Source: Eledone cirrhosa (Eukaryota). Taken from it: a stretch of 64,000 nt of DNA. Made by a program: the position numbers and the translations under genes. The notes under the pieces were generated by a model. That model was not told the DNA's origin, searched no databases, and saw nothing but the letters and a program-made list of their open reading frames with translations. Location: NCBI GenBank assembly GCA_964016885.1, contig OZ024761.1:14446001-14510000 (forward strand), given 5' to 3'. The first letter of the stretch is position 1; each line of letters opens with the position of its first letter. Of this stretch, positions 1-17,199 are shown one piece after another.

Positions 1-114
1 CAACCAACCGGAAATTTATAAATTCCTAAATTTATAAATTTAATTTATAATAAATTGAAGTGAAAGCAACTGGTGCGTGTGTTTCTTATTGGCAACATAA
101 ACCTCCCAAAGCAT

Positions 115-179
<65 letters not shown>

Positions 180-180
180 C

Positions 181-251
<71 letters not shown>

Positions 252-547
252 CATATATATATATATATATGTACATATATATACATATATATATATATAT
301 ACTGTACATATATATATATACTTATATGAACATATATATACAAATATATATATATACATATATATATACATATATACATATACATATATACATATACATA
401 TATATATATACATATATATATACATATATATACATATATATATACATATATATATACATACATATTCATATATATACATATACATATATATACATACATA
501 TGTATATTTATACATACATATATATACATATACATATATAAACATAC

Positions 548-606
<59 letters not shown>

Positions 607-659
607 TGTCTCTGTGTACTCGGTCTAGCTTATATCCTCCTAAATTGACATTTTGATTT

Positions 660-990
660 AATGCCTAACACGCTAGCATTTTTTATGAGCTGCTTCTCTT
701 GGCACAGCATTATGAATTAAGGGGAAACTACTCTCGCTGTTAATTTTATGAGCTGCTTCACATGACATTGCATTATGTTTTAACCTTTTAGCACGCTAGT
801 ATTTTTTATGAGTTGCTTCCCATGTGAATGCATTATGTAATTAAGGGAAAACTACTCACGCTATTAATTTTATAAGTTGCTTCCCTTGGCATTGCATTAG
901 GTTTTAAGGGGAAATTACTCAAGCTATTAATTATATGAGTTGCTTTCCGTGACACTGCATTATGTATTCAAGGGAGTCTACTCATGCTAT
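660..990. repeat. Degenerate ~60-bp tandem repeat, ~5 units; related reverse-complement copies at ~27125-27335
   Basis: Recurring gctattaattttatgagttgcttccc..gacactgcattatg..taaggggaaactactc. Confidence 0.7.
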
Positions 991-1394
991 TTTCATCATT
1001 TCTAAAAATAGCAAAACAATTGATGCTTTGGATAGGGACAAACAGTAGTCGTTAGACATGCTCAACCAACCGTGACGCCTAAACCAATCAGCTTTAGTAA
1101 TCCAGTGAAACTACACACCGATTGGTCGAAATACAGTTTGCAAACTTTAGCATCCTGTAGCCGCTTTTCACTATATATGAGGCACAAAATTTACCCATCT
1201 CATTACAGTTGAAAATTTGAAAACTTGACTGTCACCGCAGAATATGAACCTGAAGATTGCGAAAGCATGAAAGTACTTGTTCAATTAACACTTAACATTT
1301 AATATTCAACCATACTATTTCATTATAATACCATTATCATTTTAAACGATTGTAAATAAAACGAGTAAATCAGACAAAGTAGAAATTCCTTCTA

Positions 1395-1491
<97 letters not shown>

Positions 1492-1564
1492 GTATATATA
1501 TATAAATATGTATATATATATATATATGTATATATATATGTATATATGTATATATATATATATG

Positions 1565-1621
<57 letters not shown>

Positions 1622-1682
1622 ATATATATATATATGTATAAATATATATATATGTATGTATATATATATATATATATGTATA

Positions 1683-2098
1683 AATCACCGGGAGAGATGA
1701 TCCCTTAGCCTTTGTCAAGGCAGAATTCTAGGAGAAAGAAAACTCTGATATAACACTTGCAACCCTGATGGTATCCAATGATGTTGACTTGTTCTTCTTT
1801 TTGGTAAATATCATCTTGGTTAAGAGAGTGGGACTGGCTTTCTGCAGTACCTTTGCTCACTATAAAAGCTTCACGGCAGACATTGCTTTATATCTGGAGA
1901 TCTCTCTGCACTTGTCATCATATGGTACCATGGACCCAGCACTATGTGTCAATAATTGTCACAAGTGTAGTGTTTGTACCAGAGTTTTCAAGTCGCTGGC
2001 TGGACTAAAAAGTCACACTCGTTCAGGGCATCGGTAGGGGTTCTCCTACATGGATATAAAGTAGTGGCCGTACTCGAAAACGAGTTGGCAGCCACCAT
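1683..2098 (+). mobile_element. Non-autonomous RTE-like LINE derivative, copy 1
   Basis: Near-identical to 2330-2678 and 61577-61979. Has the RTE 5'UTR-like motif aggagaaagaaaactctgat and a terminal C2H2 remnant [22 protein letters not shown], followed by (TA)n. Confidence 0.65.
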
Positions 2099-2115
2099 AT
2101 GTATATATATACATA

Positions 2116-2259
<144 letters not shown>

Positions 2260-2329
2260 GAATTCCAACTTTGTCTGATTTACTCGTTTTATATATATTT
2301 TATATATATATATATGTATATATATAGTC

Positions 2330-2674
2330 TGCAACTCTGATGGTGTCCAATGATGTTGACTTGTTCTTCTTTTTGGTAAATATCATCTTGGTTAAGAGAG
2401 TGGGACTGGCTTTGTGCAGTGCTTTTGCTCACTATAAAAGCTTCACGGCACAGGCATTGCTTTATATCCGGAGATCTCTCTGCACTTGTCGTCACATGGT
2501 ACCATGGGCCCAGCACTATGTGTCAATAATTGTCACAAGTGTAGTGTTTGTACCAGAGTTTTCAAGTCGCTGGCTGGACTAAAAAGTCACACTCGTTCAG
2601 CGCATCGGTAGGGGCTCTCCTACATGGATATAAAGTAGTGGCCGTACTCGAAAACGAGTTGGCAGCCACCACCA

Positions 2675-2678
<4 letters not shown>
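2330..2678 (+). mobile_element. Non-autonomous RTE-like LINE derivative, copy 2 (5' truncated)
   Basis: Direct repeat of ~1758-2098. Confidence 0.65.
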
Positions 2679-2740
<62 letters not shown>

Positions 2741-2741
2741 G

Positions 2742-2772
<31 letters not shown>

Positions 2773-2809
2773 GTGTGTATATATATATATATATAAACGT
2801 GTGTGTGTA

Positions 2810-2859
<50 letters not shown>

Positions 2860-3177
2860 CATACATATATATATATATATACATACATATATATATATAT
2901 ATATACATACATATATATATACATACATATATATATACATATATATATATACATATATATACATATATATATATACATATATATACATATATATATACAT
3001 ATATATATACATATATATATATATATACATATATATATACATATATACATATATATATACATATATATATATACACATATATATATACATATATATATAT
3101 ACATATATATATATACATATACATATATATATATATACATATATATATATGTATATGTATATGTATGTATATATACA

Positions 3178-3262
<85 letters not shown>

Positions 3263-3356
3263 ACATATATAAACATAGATATATACACATATATATATAA
3301 ACATACATATATATATATACATATATAAACATACATATATATATATACATATATAA

Positions 3357-3402
<46 letters not shown>

Positions 3403-3494
3403 GTGTGTGTGTGTCTCTGTGCATATCAAATTATAAATGTGAGGAAAGAATAGACAAATAATTACCTGCTTTTTCTTCAAATTCCCTACTGCAG

Positions 3495-3685
3495 GTTCAT
3501 TGGCTGGTTTGCAGCAATGATGAACTAGCGTAGTGAGGCTGTCAACTTTTCAGTAGATCCCCTTACTTTGTGGACTGTTTGCTGACCTGCCCTGACTGTT
3601 ACAATGTGAATATTTCTTTGGAGGGAGAAATCGTCACGTGATAATGATACGTATATAGTGTTCTGAGTAATGAAGAAACTCTGAG
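3495..3685 (+). other. Candidate non-coding exon (lncRNA or UTR)
   Basis: Acceptor ttttcttcaaattccctactgcag and donor GAG|gtaaga flank 191 nt of unique sequence; stops in all three frames. Confidence 0.3.
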
Positions 3686-3794
3686 GTAAGATGAACAGCA
3701 AATCTCAGCAGAGTTTGTACTCTTGATTATAATAATAGTAATAATCCTCTTCATCATCGTTTAACGTCCATCTTCCATAATAATATTAATAAAC

Positions 3795-4051
3795 TGTTTC
3801 TACTTTGGGCACAAGGCCAGCAATTATCCCAGTACATTACTGGTATTTTATTTTATCGACCCCATAAGGATGAAAGACAAAATTAACCTCGGCGGGATTT
3901 GAACTCAGACCGTAAAGGGGCGTAACTCTATGCTACAAACCATGGCGTCCGACCCTCTACCGATACTGTCAATCTACCGCCCTTGAAGATAATAATATTA
4001 ACAATAACAACAACAACAACAACAAATGGTGATAATGATTTCTTTATTTTA

Positions 4052-4099
<48 letters not shown>

Positions 4100-4975
4100 T
4101 AATAATAAATGTTTGATAATATTGGTTTCTGTGATATGATTAATAATAATAACAACAATAATAATGATAATAACAACAACAATAATAATAATAATGATAA
4201 TAATAATAATGATAATAATAATTTAGTCAAGCATAAAGCTGGAAACTTGAAATGGATGGGTAGGGAAGTGAAAGGTTAAATAAATTTACTGTATTTTATC
4301 AACCTTGGAAATACTGAATGCCAAGTTGACCTCAGCAAAATTTAAACTCAGACCGGGTGATAAAAAAAAAAAATACAACTATATACAGCAGAGGAGTATT
4401 TCATCCACTGTTGCTCTACCGATTCTGTCAATCAACTGGCTTAAATAACAATAATTGTTTCTACTTTAGGCACAAGGCCAGCAATTACCCAGTGCATTAC
4501 TGGTACTTTATTTTATCGACCCCATAAGGATGAAAGGCAAAGTCAACCTCGGCGGGATTTGAACTCAGATCGTAAAGAGACGTAACTAGGCTGGAAAGCA
4601 TGGCGTCCGACCCTCTACCGATACTGCCAATCCACCGCCGTCCAACTGGCTTAAATAACAATAATGATTTCTAATTAGTTATTTCTAGTTAGTGGAGAGA
4701 AGAAAGTCGATTAAATAGAGCCCAGTGCATCACTGGTACTATAATTTATCAACCTTGCAGGGAGGAAAAGCAAAGCTAACCTCGGCAGGATTTAAACTCA
4801 GAACGTAATGGGCCGTAACTGTAGAACACAAAGCCTGTTGTCCAACGCTCTACCGATTATTGCCAATACACCACATAATAATGATAACTACTTTACTGAA
4901 TAGGGGGTTATTTGATTAAGTCAACACCAGTATGTAACTAGTACTATATTTCATGAACCCCTGAAAGAGGATTGC

Positions 4976-5032
<57 letters not shown>

Positions 5033-5083
5033 AAATAGAAGTAGTAGTAGTAGTAGAAATAGAAGTAGTAGTAGTAGTAGAAA

Positions 5084-5115
<32 letters not shown>

Positions 5116-5325
5116 GTAATTCTTTGGGGATGTGAAGAAATAATAATAAGGATTTCTACTTCTAGGTACAAGGCCAGTAATTTTGGGGGGATATGGGAAA
5201 GTCAATTAAACCGACCCAAGTGCATTACTGGTTCTTTATTTTATCGATGTTGTAAGGATGAAAGGCAAAGCTAACCTTGGCGGGATTTAAACTCAGAATG
5301 TAAAGGGCCATAATTCTATGCCGCA
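3795..5325 (-). mobile_element. Cluster of ~5 co-oriented tRNA-derived SINEs, family 1 (Meta-domain-like)
   Basis: Minus strand reads ggcggtggattggcagtatcggtagag (A-box-like)...gagttcaaatccc (B-box)...gcctttcatcctta.ggggtcgataaaataaagtaccag. Copies at ~3795, 4260, 4456, 4700 and 5150. Confidence 0.85.
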
Positions 5326-5675
5326 AGAAATATCAATATTAGTAAAATGGTGATTATAAAAATAATAACAATAAATAATAACACTATTAGTAGTAATTAT
5401 GACAACAACAATAATAAGTAACAGGACCATCGATAAAATTTTGCATTTGCTTATTTTGCCCAAGAATACAGGTGGAATTAAAGAAATTTAAAAATTTGGC
5501 ACTCAACTAAAACTGCATAATTTTATTTTTGAAAAGATATTTTTTAAATGTTTTTTCTCCTATTAAATATAATTTTGTGAAATTTTAATTTCATGTTAAA
5601 GTCCTTCAATGTATATATATATATATATATATATACGTTATATATATATTTACATTATATATATATGTATATATA

Positions 5676-5713
<38 letters not shown>

Positions 5714-6204
5714 CATTATATATATATACATATGTGTACATATATATATATGTACATTATATATATATATATGCACATTATATATATATATATATTCATA
5801 TATATACATATATATTCATATATATACATATATATTCATATATATATATATTATATATATATATTATATATATGTACATTATATAATATATATGTACATT
5901 ATATATATATTCATATATAAATATATATATGTACATATATATGTACATTATATAATATATATGTACATTATATATTATTATATATATAATATATATGTAC
6001 TATATATATATATAATATATCTGTACATTATCTATATATATTATATATGTATAATTTATATGTATATATAATCTACATATATATTATATATATATGTAGA
6101 TTATATACATAATGTATATATATATATACGTACATTATATTTATATTATATATATTTATATATATGTACAATATATATGTATATATAATATAATCTATAT
6201 ACAC

Positions 6205-6242
<38 letters not shown>

Positions 6243-6899
6243 ATATGCAGATGAGAATGTGTGTGAGACAGTCCAGAGTTTCTTGTGACTGCTGAAACTA
6301 TGACAACAACAGTAGCAGCAGCAACAATGACATCAACAACAGACCATAGAATAAACATCAATGCAAAAGGAATAACAACATAAAAGAAAATTACATTATG
6401 TTGAGTTGGTCAATATTATCATCATCATCATCATCATCATTATCATTATCAATATAATTATTATTATTATTATCAAACATTTTCAGCAATACATGAGCCA
6501 AAACAAGGTGAGGTTGTGAAATAGCAGAATATGATAGGGGGTGGGGGACTGGCTGATTTGTAACCTAGGTAACCACAATATTTCAAGGGGTCCCACATTT
6601 TTTTTTTTTTTTTTGCTACCATATATAATAGGCAGGGACCCCAAGGAAATATTAAGCCAGTGGTATCAGGATAGCTTCGTCGGCACCGCCACCCACCAAA
6701 GGGTGTGTATGTGTGTGTGTATGTGTGTGTGTGGTGGGATGAGTGGTTTAATGTTAAAAACAATCAGTACAATTGTGTATATATGCGCTTATAATGTCCC
6801 ACCAAAAATGTGCAAGTCTTTCTTTTTTTTTACAGCAGAACAAGAAAAAAATAATAAACTAACACAGTTGATTAATGGGAGAGTTGGGAAAATTATCAA

Positions 6900-7069
6900 T
6901 ATATGTAAATATGTATATATATATATATATTATATATATATTATATATAAATATATATATATTATATATATATATATTATATATATATTATATATAAATA
7001 TATATATATTATATATATATATATTATATATAAATATATATATATTATATATATATATATTATATATAA

Positions 7070-7108
<39 letters not shown>

Positions 7109-7137
7109 CATATATATACATATACATATATATATAC

Positions 7138-7168
<31 letters not shown>

Positions 7169-7493
7169 CATATATATACACATATATATATATACATATA
7201 TATATATACATATATATATACACATATATATATACACATATATATATAAACATATATATACACATATATATATATACATATATATATACACATATATATA
7301 TACATATATATATACACATATATATATACATATATATATACATATATATATACATATATATACATATATATATACATATATATACATATATATATATACA
7401 TACATATATATATATACATATATATACACATATATATATATATACATATATATGCACATATATATACATATATATACACACATATATATATAC

Positions 7494-7560
<67 letters not shown>

Positions 7561-7855
7561 CATATACATATATATATATACATATATATATATACATATA
7601 TATATAAATATATATATATACATATATATATATACATATATATATACATATATATATATATACATATATACAGATATATATATACACATATATACAGATA
7701 TATATATACACATATATACAGATATATATATACAGATATATATATATACATATATATATATAGATATATACATATACATATATATATACATATATATATA
7801 TATACATATATATATATACATATATATATATCCATATATATATACATATATATCC

Positions 7856-7906
<51 letters not shown>

Positions 7907-7931
7907 CATATATACAGATATATATATACAG

Positions 7932-7982
<51 letters not shown>

Positions 7983-8087
7983 CATATATATATATATATA
8001 CATATATATATACACACATATATATATAGATATATATATATATATACATATATATATACACATATATATATACATATATATATATAC

Positions 8088-8118
<31 letters not shown>

Positions 8119-8141
8119 CATATATATATACATATACATAT

Positions 8142-8228
<87 letters not shown>

Positions 8229-8279
8229 CATATATATATATACATATATATATATACATATATATATACATATATATCC

Positions 8280-8326
<47 letters not shown>

Positions 8327-8593
8327 TAAATATCCATATATATATATACATATATATATATATACATATATATAAATATCCATATATATATACATATATA
8401 TATATATATACATATACATACATACATCTACATACATATAAATATCCATATATATATACATATATATATATATACATATACATACATACATCTACATACA
8501 TATATATATATATACATATATATATACATATATATATACACATATATATACATATATATATATATATACAGATATATATATATACATAGACAG

Positions 8594-8626
<33 letters not shown>

Positions 8627-8656
8627 CATATATATATACATATATATATATACACA

Positions 8657-8687
<31 letters not shown>

Positions 8688-8899
8688 TTATTAAAATAAC
8701 AGATTAAAGTTATATATATATATACACACATATATATATATATATACACATATATATATATACATATATATATACATATATGTATATATATATATATATA
8801 CATATATGTATATATGTATACATATGTATATATATACATATACACATATATATATATACATATATAGATATACATATACACATATATGTATATATATAC

Positions 8900-8952
<53 letters not shown>

Positions 8953-9164
8953 CATATACATTATATATATATACATATATGTATATATATGTATATATAT
9001 ACATATACATATATACATATATACATATACATATATATATGTATATATATACATATAATATATATATACATATACATATATACATATATGTATATATATA
9101 TACATATATACATATATGTATATATATACATGTATATATATACATATATATAGATATATACATA

Positions 9165-9198
<34 letters not shown>

Positions 9199-9510
9199 CA
9201 TATATATATACATATATATATACATATATATATACATATATACATACATATATACATATATATATACATATATACATATATATATACATATATACATATA
9301 TATATACATATATATACATATATATACATACACATATATACATATATATACATATATATACATATACATATACATATATATATATATATATAATGAGACT
9401 GGCAGGTATTATGATTATGTGCAAAACATATACACAATTTCTATTACCTATGATTATATAGAGGTATAAAGATGTGCTCTGATACACACACACATACACA
9501 CGCACATATA

Positions 9511-9568
<58 letters not shown>

Positions 9569-10498
9569 AACACACACATATATATATATATAGAAATACA
9601 TATACAAATTCATATATATACATATATATATATAAATACATATCCTATATATATATATACATATATATATATACATATAAATACATATACAATATATATA
9701 TACATAGATATATATACATAGAAATACATATACAATATATATATATACCTATAAATATATACATATAAATACATATACATATACATATATATACATACAT
9801 ATACATACATATACATATATATATATATACATATATATAAATACATATACATATATACATATATATATATACATATATATAAATACATATACATATTTAT
9901 ACATATATATATATATATACATACATATAAATACATATACATATATATATCTACATATAAATACATATACATATATATATATACATATATATATACATAT
10001 ACATATACATATATATATATACATATATAAATACATATATATATACATATATATATATAAATACATATATATATATATACATATATATATAAATACATAT
10101 ATATATAAATACATTTACATATATAAATACATTTACACAACACAATTAAATATAAAAATACAGAACCTCAGAGAAAATATACATACATACATACACACAC
10201 AATTTTATATTACTATGTACATTCGTGTGTGTTCGTTTATATATTTTTCCATATTTCATACACACACATATATACATATATATATACATCTATGACTAAT
10301 CTATAGATATATCCATACACAAATGCACTGCATACACACATATATATATATATATACATCTATCCATGTATGTATATCGAACTAAACTAATATACACATA
10401 TATATGTATATTTATATATACTTACACATTTATATACATACATACATATAAGTACATACAATTGTACATGTTTCACAGGTTTATACGTTGAACTAAAA

Positions 10499-10565
<67 letters not shown>

Positions 10566-10754
10566 ACACACACAGATATATAGATATATATATGTGCATA
10601 TATATAAATGCATGTATATGTAATATATATATATATATGTGTATATATATATATGCATGTATGTGAAATATATATGTGTATATATATATATGCATGTATG
10701 TGTAATATTTATATATGTATATATATATATATATACATGTATGTGTAATATATA

Positions 10755-10801
<47 letters not shown>

Positions 10802-10822
10802 GTATATGTATACATGTGTATA

Positions 10823-10863
<41 letters not shown>

Positions 10864-11078
10864 GTATATATATATGTGTATATATATATGTATACATATG
10901 TATATATATATATATATATACATGTATATATATGTATACATATATATATAGACATATGTATCTACATATATATATACATATGCATATATATATTTATGTA
11001 TACATATATATATGTATACATATGTATATATATATATATGTATGTATACATATGTATATATGTATGTATACATATGTA

Positions 11079-11125
<47 letters not shown>

Positions 11126-11178
11126 GTGTGTGTGTGTGTATGTATCTATATATATGAATGTATATATATGTATATATA

Positions 11179-11209
<31 letters not shown>

Positions 11210-11270
11210 GAATTTATATATATATATATGAATCTATATATATATATGAATGTATATATATATATATATA
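6900..11270. repeat. Very long interrupted (TA)n/(TACA)n microsatellite field; similar fields at 119-600, 2680-3400, 15160-16730, 29220-30120, 33100-33815, 45180-45810
   Basis: Directly visible; source of the IY/YI pseudo-ORFs. Confidence 0.97.
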
Positions 11271-11499
11271 ATATGAGTAATAAGTTGAGAGATCAAACTC
11301 GGTTGAAATATGCTAAGGTTTGAAGCTCAGTGTGTTTCTACAATCAGCAAATAAAATGATCTGATTCATCCAAGGTGTAATCCACAGAGTATATTAATCT
11401 AATATATTGTACGAGTGTAAGGACACAGACCATTAATAATAATATATAATAATAAATCCAAGGGTCCATATAAAGGAACCATGAAATAGCCATGTTCAG

Positions 11500-11980
11500 T
11501 CTTTAAGATAAAAATCTTTAAAGTTTCAATTTTTAAGAATTCATCAATCTTTAAGATATGTCTTGAAGATCAAAATCTTTAAGATTTCAGTCTTTATGAG
11601 TTCAGACTTGAAGATCAGGCTTTAAGATCTGTCTTTAAGATTTCAATTTTTAAAAGTTCATCTGTCTTTTAAATCAAAATCTTTACGATTTCAGTCTTTA
11701 AGATCAAAGTCTTTAAGATTTCAGTCTTTAAGAGTTCAGTCTTTCAGATTTCAATTTTTAAGAGTTAATAATGTCTTTTAAGATTTCAGTCTTTATGAGT
11801 TCAGACTTTAAGATCAAAGTCTTCAAGATTTCAAAGTCTTCAAGATTTCAAAGTTTTCAAGATTTCAATTTTTAAGAGTTCATCTGTCTTTAAGATTAAA
11901 ATCTTTTAAGATTTCATTGGCTTCTAAATGTTCAGTTATTAAGATTTCAGTCATTAAAATCTGTCTTTAAGATTTCACTT
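11500..11980. repeat. Degenerate ~13-15-bp tandem repeat (tctttaagatttcag)
   Basis: About 30 diverged units built on the near-palindrome TCTTTAAGA. Confidence 0.8.
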
Positions 11981-12246
11981 CAGCAGAAAGGTAGATGTGA
12001 AAGTGTGGTAAGGAAAATATAATGAGGTCAATGTCCCCTCAAATCAGTTTGATTATATTTTTTTTTTCTTTGTTTTAAATATATGTTTTAATTACAAATT
12101 TGAATGTATTTACATGTGGGAGTGTGAGACTAGTTCAGTGAGGGGATGGGGGCAGAAGATATGTATGCATAGATATTAAACAGCTGGCTAGCAAATGTTC
12201 CTTCTAGCTCTGTCTGTGTATATAAGAGAGTGTATATATATATGTA

Positions 12247-12375
<129 letters not shown>

Positions 12376-13124
12376 CAAGTTTATAGCAATGCAGAGCAAG
12401 AATTAAATATAAAAAAATATCAATAGCAAAGCTGTTAAAATGGTACTTTAGAAATGTTTTATAGCCCCTTATATTTTGGATAAAATATTCCATATCAAAG
12501 AACACTTTTGAAAGGGGATATTTTAAGAGAACGCCTTTGAAAATGGGGCATATTAAGAGAACAACAATGGAAAAGGGTATTTTAAGAGATTGTGCCTATG
12601 AATAAGAGATTTTACTCAAAATATAAGAATCAAGTGAATACTTCAATGGTAACATTTTAATATCATTGTTATTTGTATGACTGGTATTTAATGATCCAAC
12701 TGCCTTCTATAATAAATTGATTACTCCATATTCCGCAATATTTAAAGCAAACTACAACACTCTTCCACATATACATATATATATAAACATACATATATAT
12801 ATATACATATACATACATACATATATATATATATACACATAGATATTTATATTTATATACATACATATATACATATACATACATATATATATACATATAC
12901 ATAGATATATATATATACATATACATACATATATATATACATATATATATACATATATATATATATATACATATATATATATGTATGTAAAAGGTAAACA
13001 GAAATAACAACACAATTGGTACAGTATATGGAAGGGATATATTATACATATACATATATATATATATAGACGACTCGTCTAACCCATGCAAGCATGGAAG
13101 AATTGACGCTAAACGGAAATGATG

Positions 13125-13155
<31 letters not shown>

Positions 13156-13360
13156 TACATATATATGGGTATGTGTGTGCGCACTCTTTTAAACACATGT
13201 CTGCTAGATTTAATTGTAATCATTTGAAACTTTTCAAAGATTTCGATAATATTAACACTTTTTTCATCATAAATATATATACATGTACGTGTGTGCACCT
13301 ATACATACAAAAGCATATGTATATATATATATATATATATATGCTTTTGTATGTATATAC

Positions 13361-13396
<36 letters not shown>

Positions 13397-13964
13397 ATGT
13401 ACATGCAAATGTATGTAAACAGAACATACATATATGATAACTACATATATAATGCTGCATTTATCACATAAATAAATTTTTAAAAAATCTATATTTAAAA
13501 ATTTAATCCATTACAAAAGAAAGTATTTTTTTTGTGTGTTTTGTTTTTAAAATTTTCTCTGAATTTTTTTTTTTTTACACATTTTTTTTTTTTTTCCTTT
13601 TGCTTTTCAAAGCAACATTAATTATGAAACTCACTTCGAATTCTTTTTTTTTTTCGATTTATTTTGCTTTCCCCACTCTTAAACTTTATATTAAAAAATT
13701 ATTTTCATTAGATTCATTTATTTACACATGCTACTATCGCAGCGCAGAGTTATTTTTTTTTTTTTTTTTTTGCTTTTTTTTGTTTTTTTGGGAGGTTTTT
13801 GTTTTCAATTTTCATTTTCAATCAAAAGAAAATCTGTATTTGTTGAACATGTGAAAATTAAGAGGAACACTAAGTCTGGTGTTTGGACCTTGGAAATTAT
13901 GGCGCTGGGGTGGTGGCAAAAAAAAAAAATTGTAAATAAATAAATAAATAAATATAATAATAAT

Positions 13965-14178
13965 GATTTCTACTATAGGCACAAGGCCAGCAATTTGGGG
14001 AAGGGGAAAGTCGATTAAATCAACCCCAGTGCATTACTGGTGCTTTATTTTATCGACCCTGTAAGGATGAGAGGCAAAGCTAACCTTGGCGGGATTTCAA
14101 CTCAGAACGTAAAGAGGCGTAACTATGCTGCAAAGCATGGTGTCTAATGCTCTACCGATACTGCCAATCCACCACCCT
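13965..14178 (-). mobile_element. tRNA-derived SINE family 1, full length
   Basis: Same consensus as the 3795-5325 copies. Confidence 0.85.
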
Positions 14179-14831
14179 AATAATAATAATAATAATAAAT
14201 AAAAGCAAGGCATTATACAAAATGTAAAAATTGTGCTTCGTTATTATTATTATCATTATTAATTATTACATTTTTTTTTTCTCATGCTAGAGGAGCCGCC
14301 GCAGTGAATAGTTGAAAAATGTATATTTGATTTCTGTTAATTTAAAAAATACAAAAAACTAAATTACTATATGTTTCAATATTAGCAATATTTATATTTT
14401 TCAATTTTAATTTTATACAATCTAATGAACATTTTTTTTATATTTCACTGAAAATTTTATAAACTTCACTGAAAATTTTTCGAAGAAAATTTCTGTATTT
14501 CAATGAAAAATTAATACATTTTAATGAATATTTTATAAATTTGAGTGAGTATTTCATACAACCCAGTGAAAATTCTATGTTTGAAAAAAAAAAATGTTTT
14601 AATATTTCAATAGAAATTTCTAAATTCCCGTGAAAATCTTTGAAAAATTTACACATTACAATGAATATTTTATACATCCCAGTGAATAGTTCATATACTC
14701 CACTGAATAGTTCATATACCACTGAACATTTTATATATTTCAGTGAAAATTCTATACATTTCAGTGAAAAATATTTAAATACCTCAAAGAAAGTTTCTAT
14801 ATTTCCATGAAAAATCTCACATATTTCAATG

Positions 14832-14882
<51 letters not shown>

Positions 14883-15196
14883 CGTAATTAAATTTGTCAT
14901 GAATATGCATAACATCTTTGCTAAAAAAAATCTCTTTCAGAGAAGCAAATGCATATTGAACATCTTATACAAATTCACTGAGGGGTAGGTCCCAATAAAG
15001 TAATCTAAAGGGAACACTTCACAAGCATCTTTCCCTAGGGACATATTCTCAGTCAAGCAACCTAAAGATAAGCGGCTTCACTAAGTTCCCTTACTGCAAT
15101 GTTCTTTTTAGATTGTTTTATTGGGATATGCCCCTCAGTGATTCTGTATAAGATGTTCTATATATATATATATATGTGTGTGTATATATATATATA

Positions 15197-15261
<65 letters not shown>

Positions 15262-15295
15262 ACATATATATATACATATATATATATATATTTAC

Positions 15296-15326
<31 letters not shown>

Positions 15327-15402
15327 CATATATATATACATATATATATATATTTATATATATATCCATATATTTATATATATATACATATATATATATA
15401 TT

Positions 15403-15453
<51 letters not shown>

Positions 15454-15454
15454 T

Positions 15455-15493
<39 letters not shown>

Positions 15494-15519
15494 ATACATA
15501 TATATATATATATACATAC

Positions 15520-15568
<49 letters not shown>

Positions 15569-15621
15569 CATATATATATATATATACATACATATATATA
15601 TATATACATACATATATATAT

Positions 15622-15675
<54 letters not shown>

Positions 15676-15799
15676 ATATATATATGTATGTATATATATA
15701 TATATGTATGTATATATATATATATATGTATATATATATAAATATATATATATGTATGTATATATATATATATGTATGTATATATATATATATATGTAT

Positions 15800-15838
<39 letters not shown>

Positions 15839-15960
15839 AATATATATATATATATAAATATATATATATATGTATATATATATAAATATATATATATATG
15901 TATATATATATAAATATATGTATATATATATAAATATATATATATATGTATATATATATG

Positions 15961-15991
<31 letters not shown>

Positions 15992-16023
15992 GTAAATATA
16001 TATATATATGTATATATATATGT

Positions 16024-16070
<47 letters not shown>

Positions 16071-16224
16071 AATATATGTATATATATATAAATATATATA
16101 TATATGTATATATATATGTATATATATATAAATATATATATATATGTATATATATATAAATATATATATAAGTATATATATATAAATATATATATATGTA
16201 TATATATATAAAAATATATATATG

Positions 16225-16276
<52 letters not shown>

Positions 16277-17199
16277 AATATATATAAATTATATATATAT
16301 AAATATATATAAATATCTCTCTATATATATATATATATATATGTGTGTGTATATATATATAAATATATATATATATAAATATATATATATATGTATATAT
16401 ATATAAATATATATATATGTATATATATATAAATATATATATATGTATATATATATATAAATATATATATATGTATATATATATATAAATATATATATGT
16501 GTACATATATATATATATAAATATAATATATATAAATAAATATATATATGTATATATATATACATATATATATATGTATATATACATAAATATATATATG
16601 TATATATATATAAATATATATATGTATATAAATACATATATATATATACATGTATATAAATACATATATATATATATACATGTATATAAATACATATACA
16701 TATATATATATATATATATATACATATATATCAATGAAAATGTTTCACATTCTGTATTCAATTTAGGAGGAAGATGAAAGAGAGAAGAAAAAAGTTTTTT
16801 AAAAAAAATAAGGAAAATGTAGAAATTTCAATTAAATTTCATGCTTTTGTTTGATATTTTTTTTTTCCTTTTGTTGTTGTTTCAGAAATAAATTCTCCCA
16901 AGAAAATAAAATTCCTCAAATGGCTTGACAGAAGAGGAGTTAGTTGGACATTTCAAATATCAAATTCTTTTTTTGTTTGTTTGGTATTTTTTTTTCTTTT
17001 GTTTAGTTTTGTTTTGTTGTTTTTTCTCACTCGGTAGTTGATTGGTGAATTAGTTTAAATGTAGGGCTACAGAGAAGATGGGTGAAATGGGGTAAATTGG
17101 TGGAGAGAGGGTGGGGATTAATTAAATGCAGGTGGAAATTTGTTGTTGTTATTGTTGTATTTAAAAAAAAACATGTTGGATAATTTGAAATGTACTAAT

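Noticed and set aside
1768-2037. C2H2 zinc-finger ORF as a host gene
   Set aside because: Part of a repeat present three times, with the frame disrupted in the other copies
6541-8657. Long ORFs (up to 682 aa) of Ile/Tyr/His/Thr, and many similar ones across the window
   Set aside because: Translations of (TA)n/(TACA)n microsatellite, open on both strands in multiple frames
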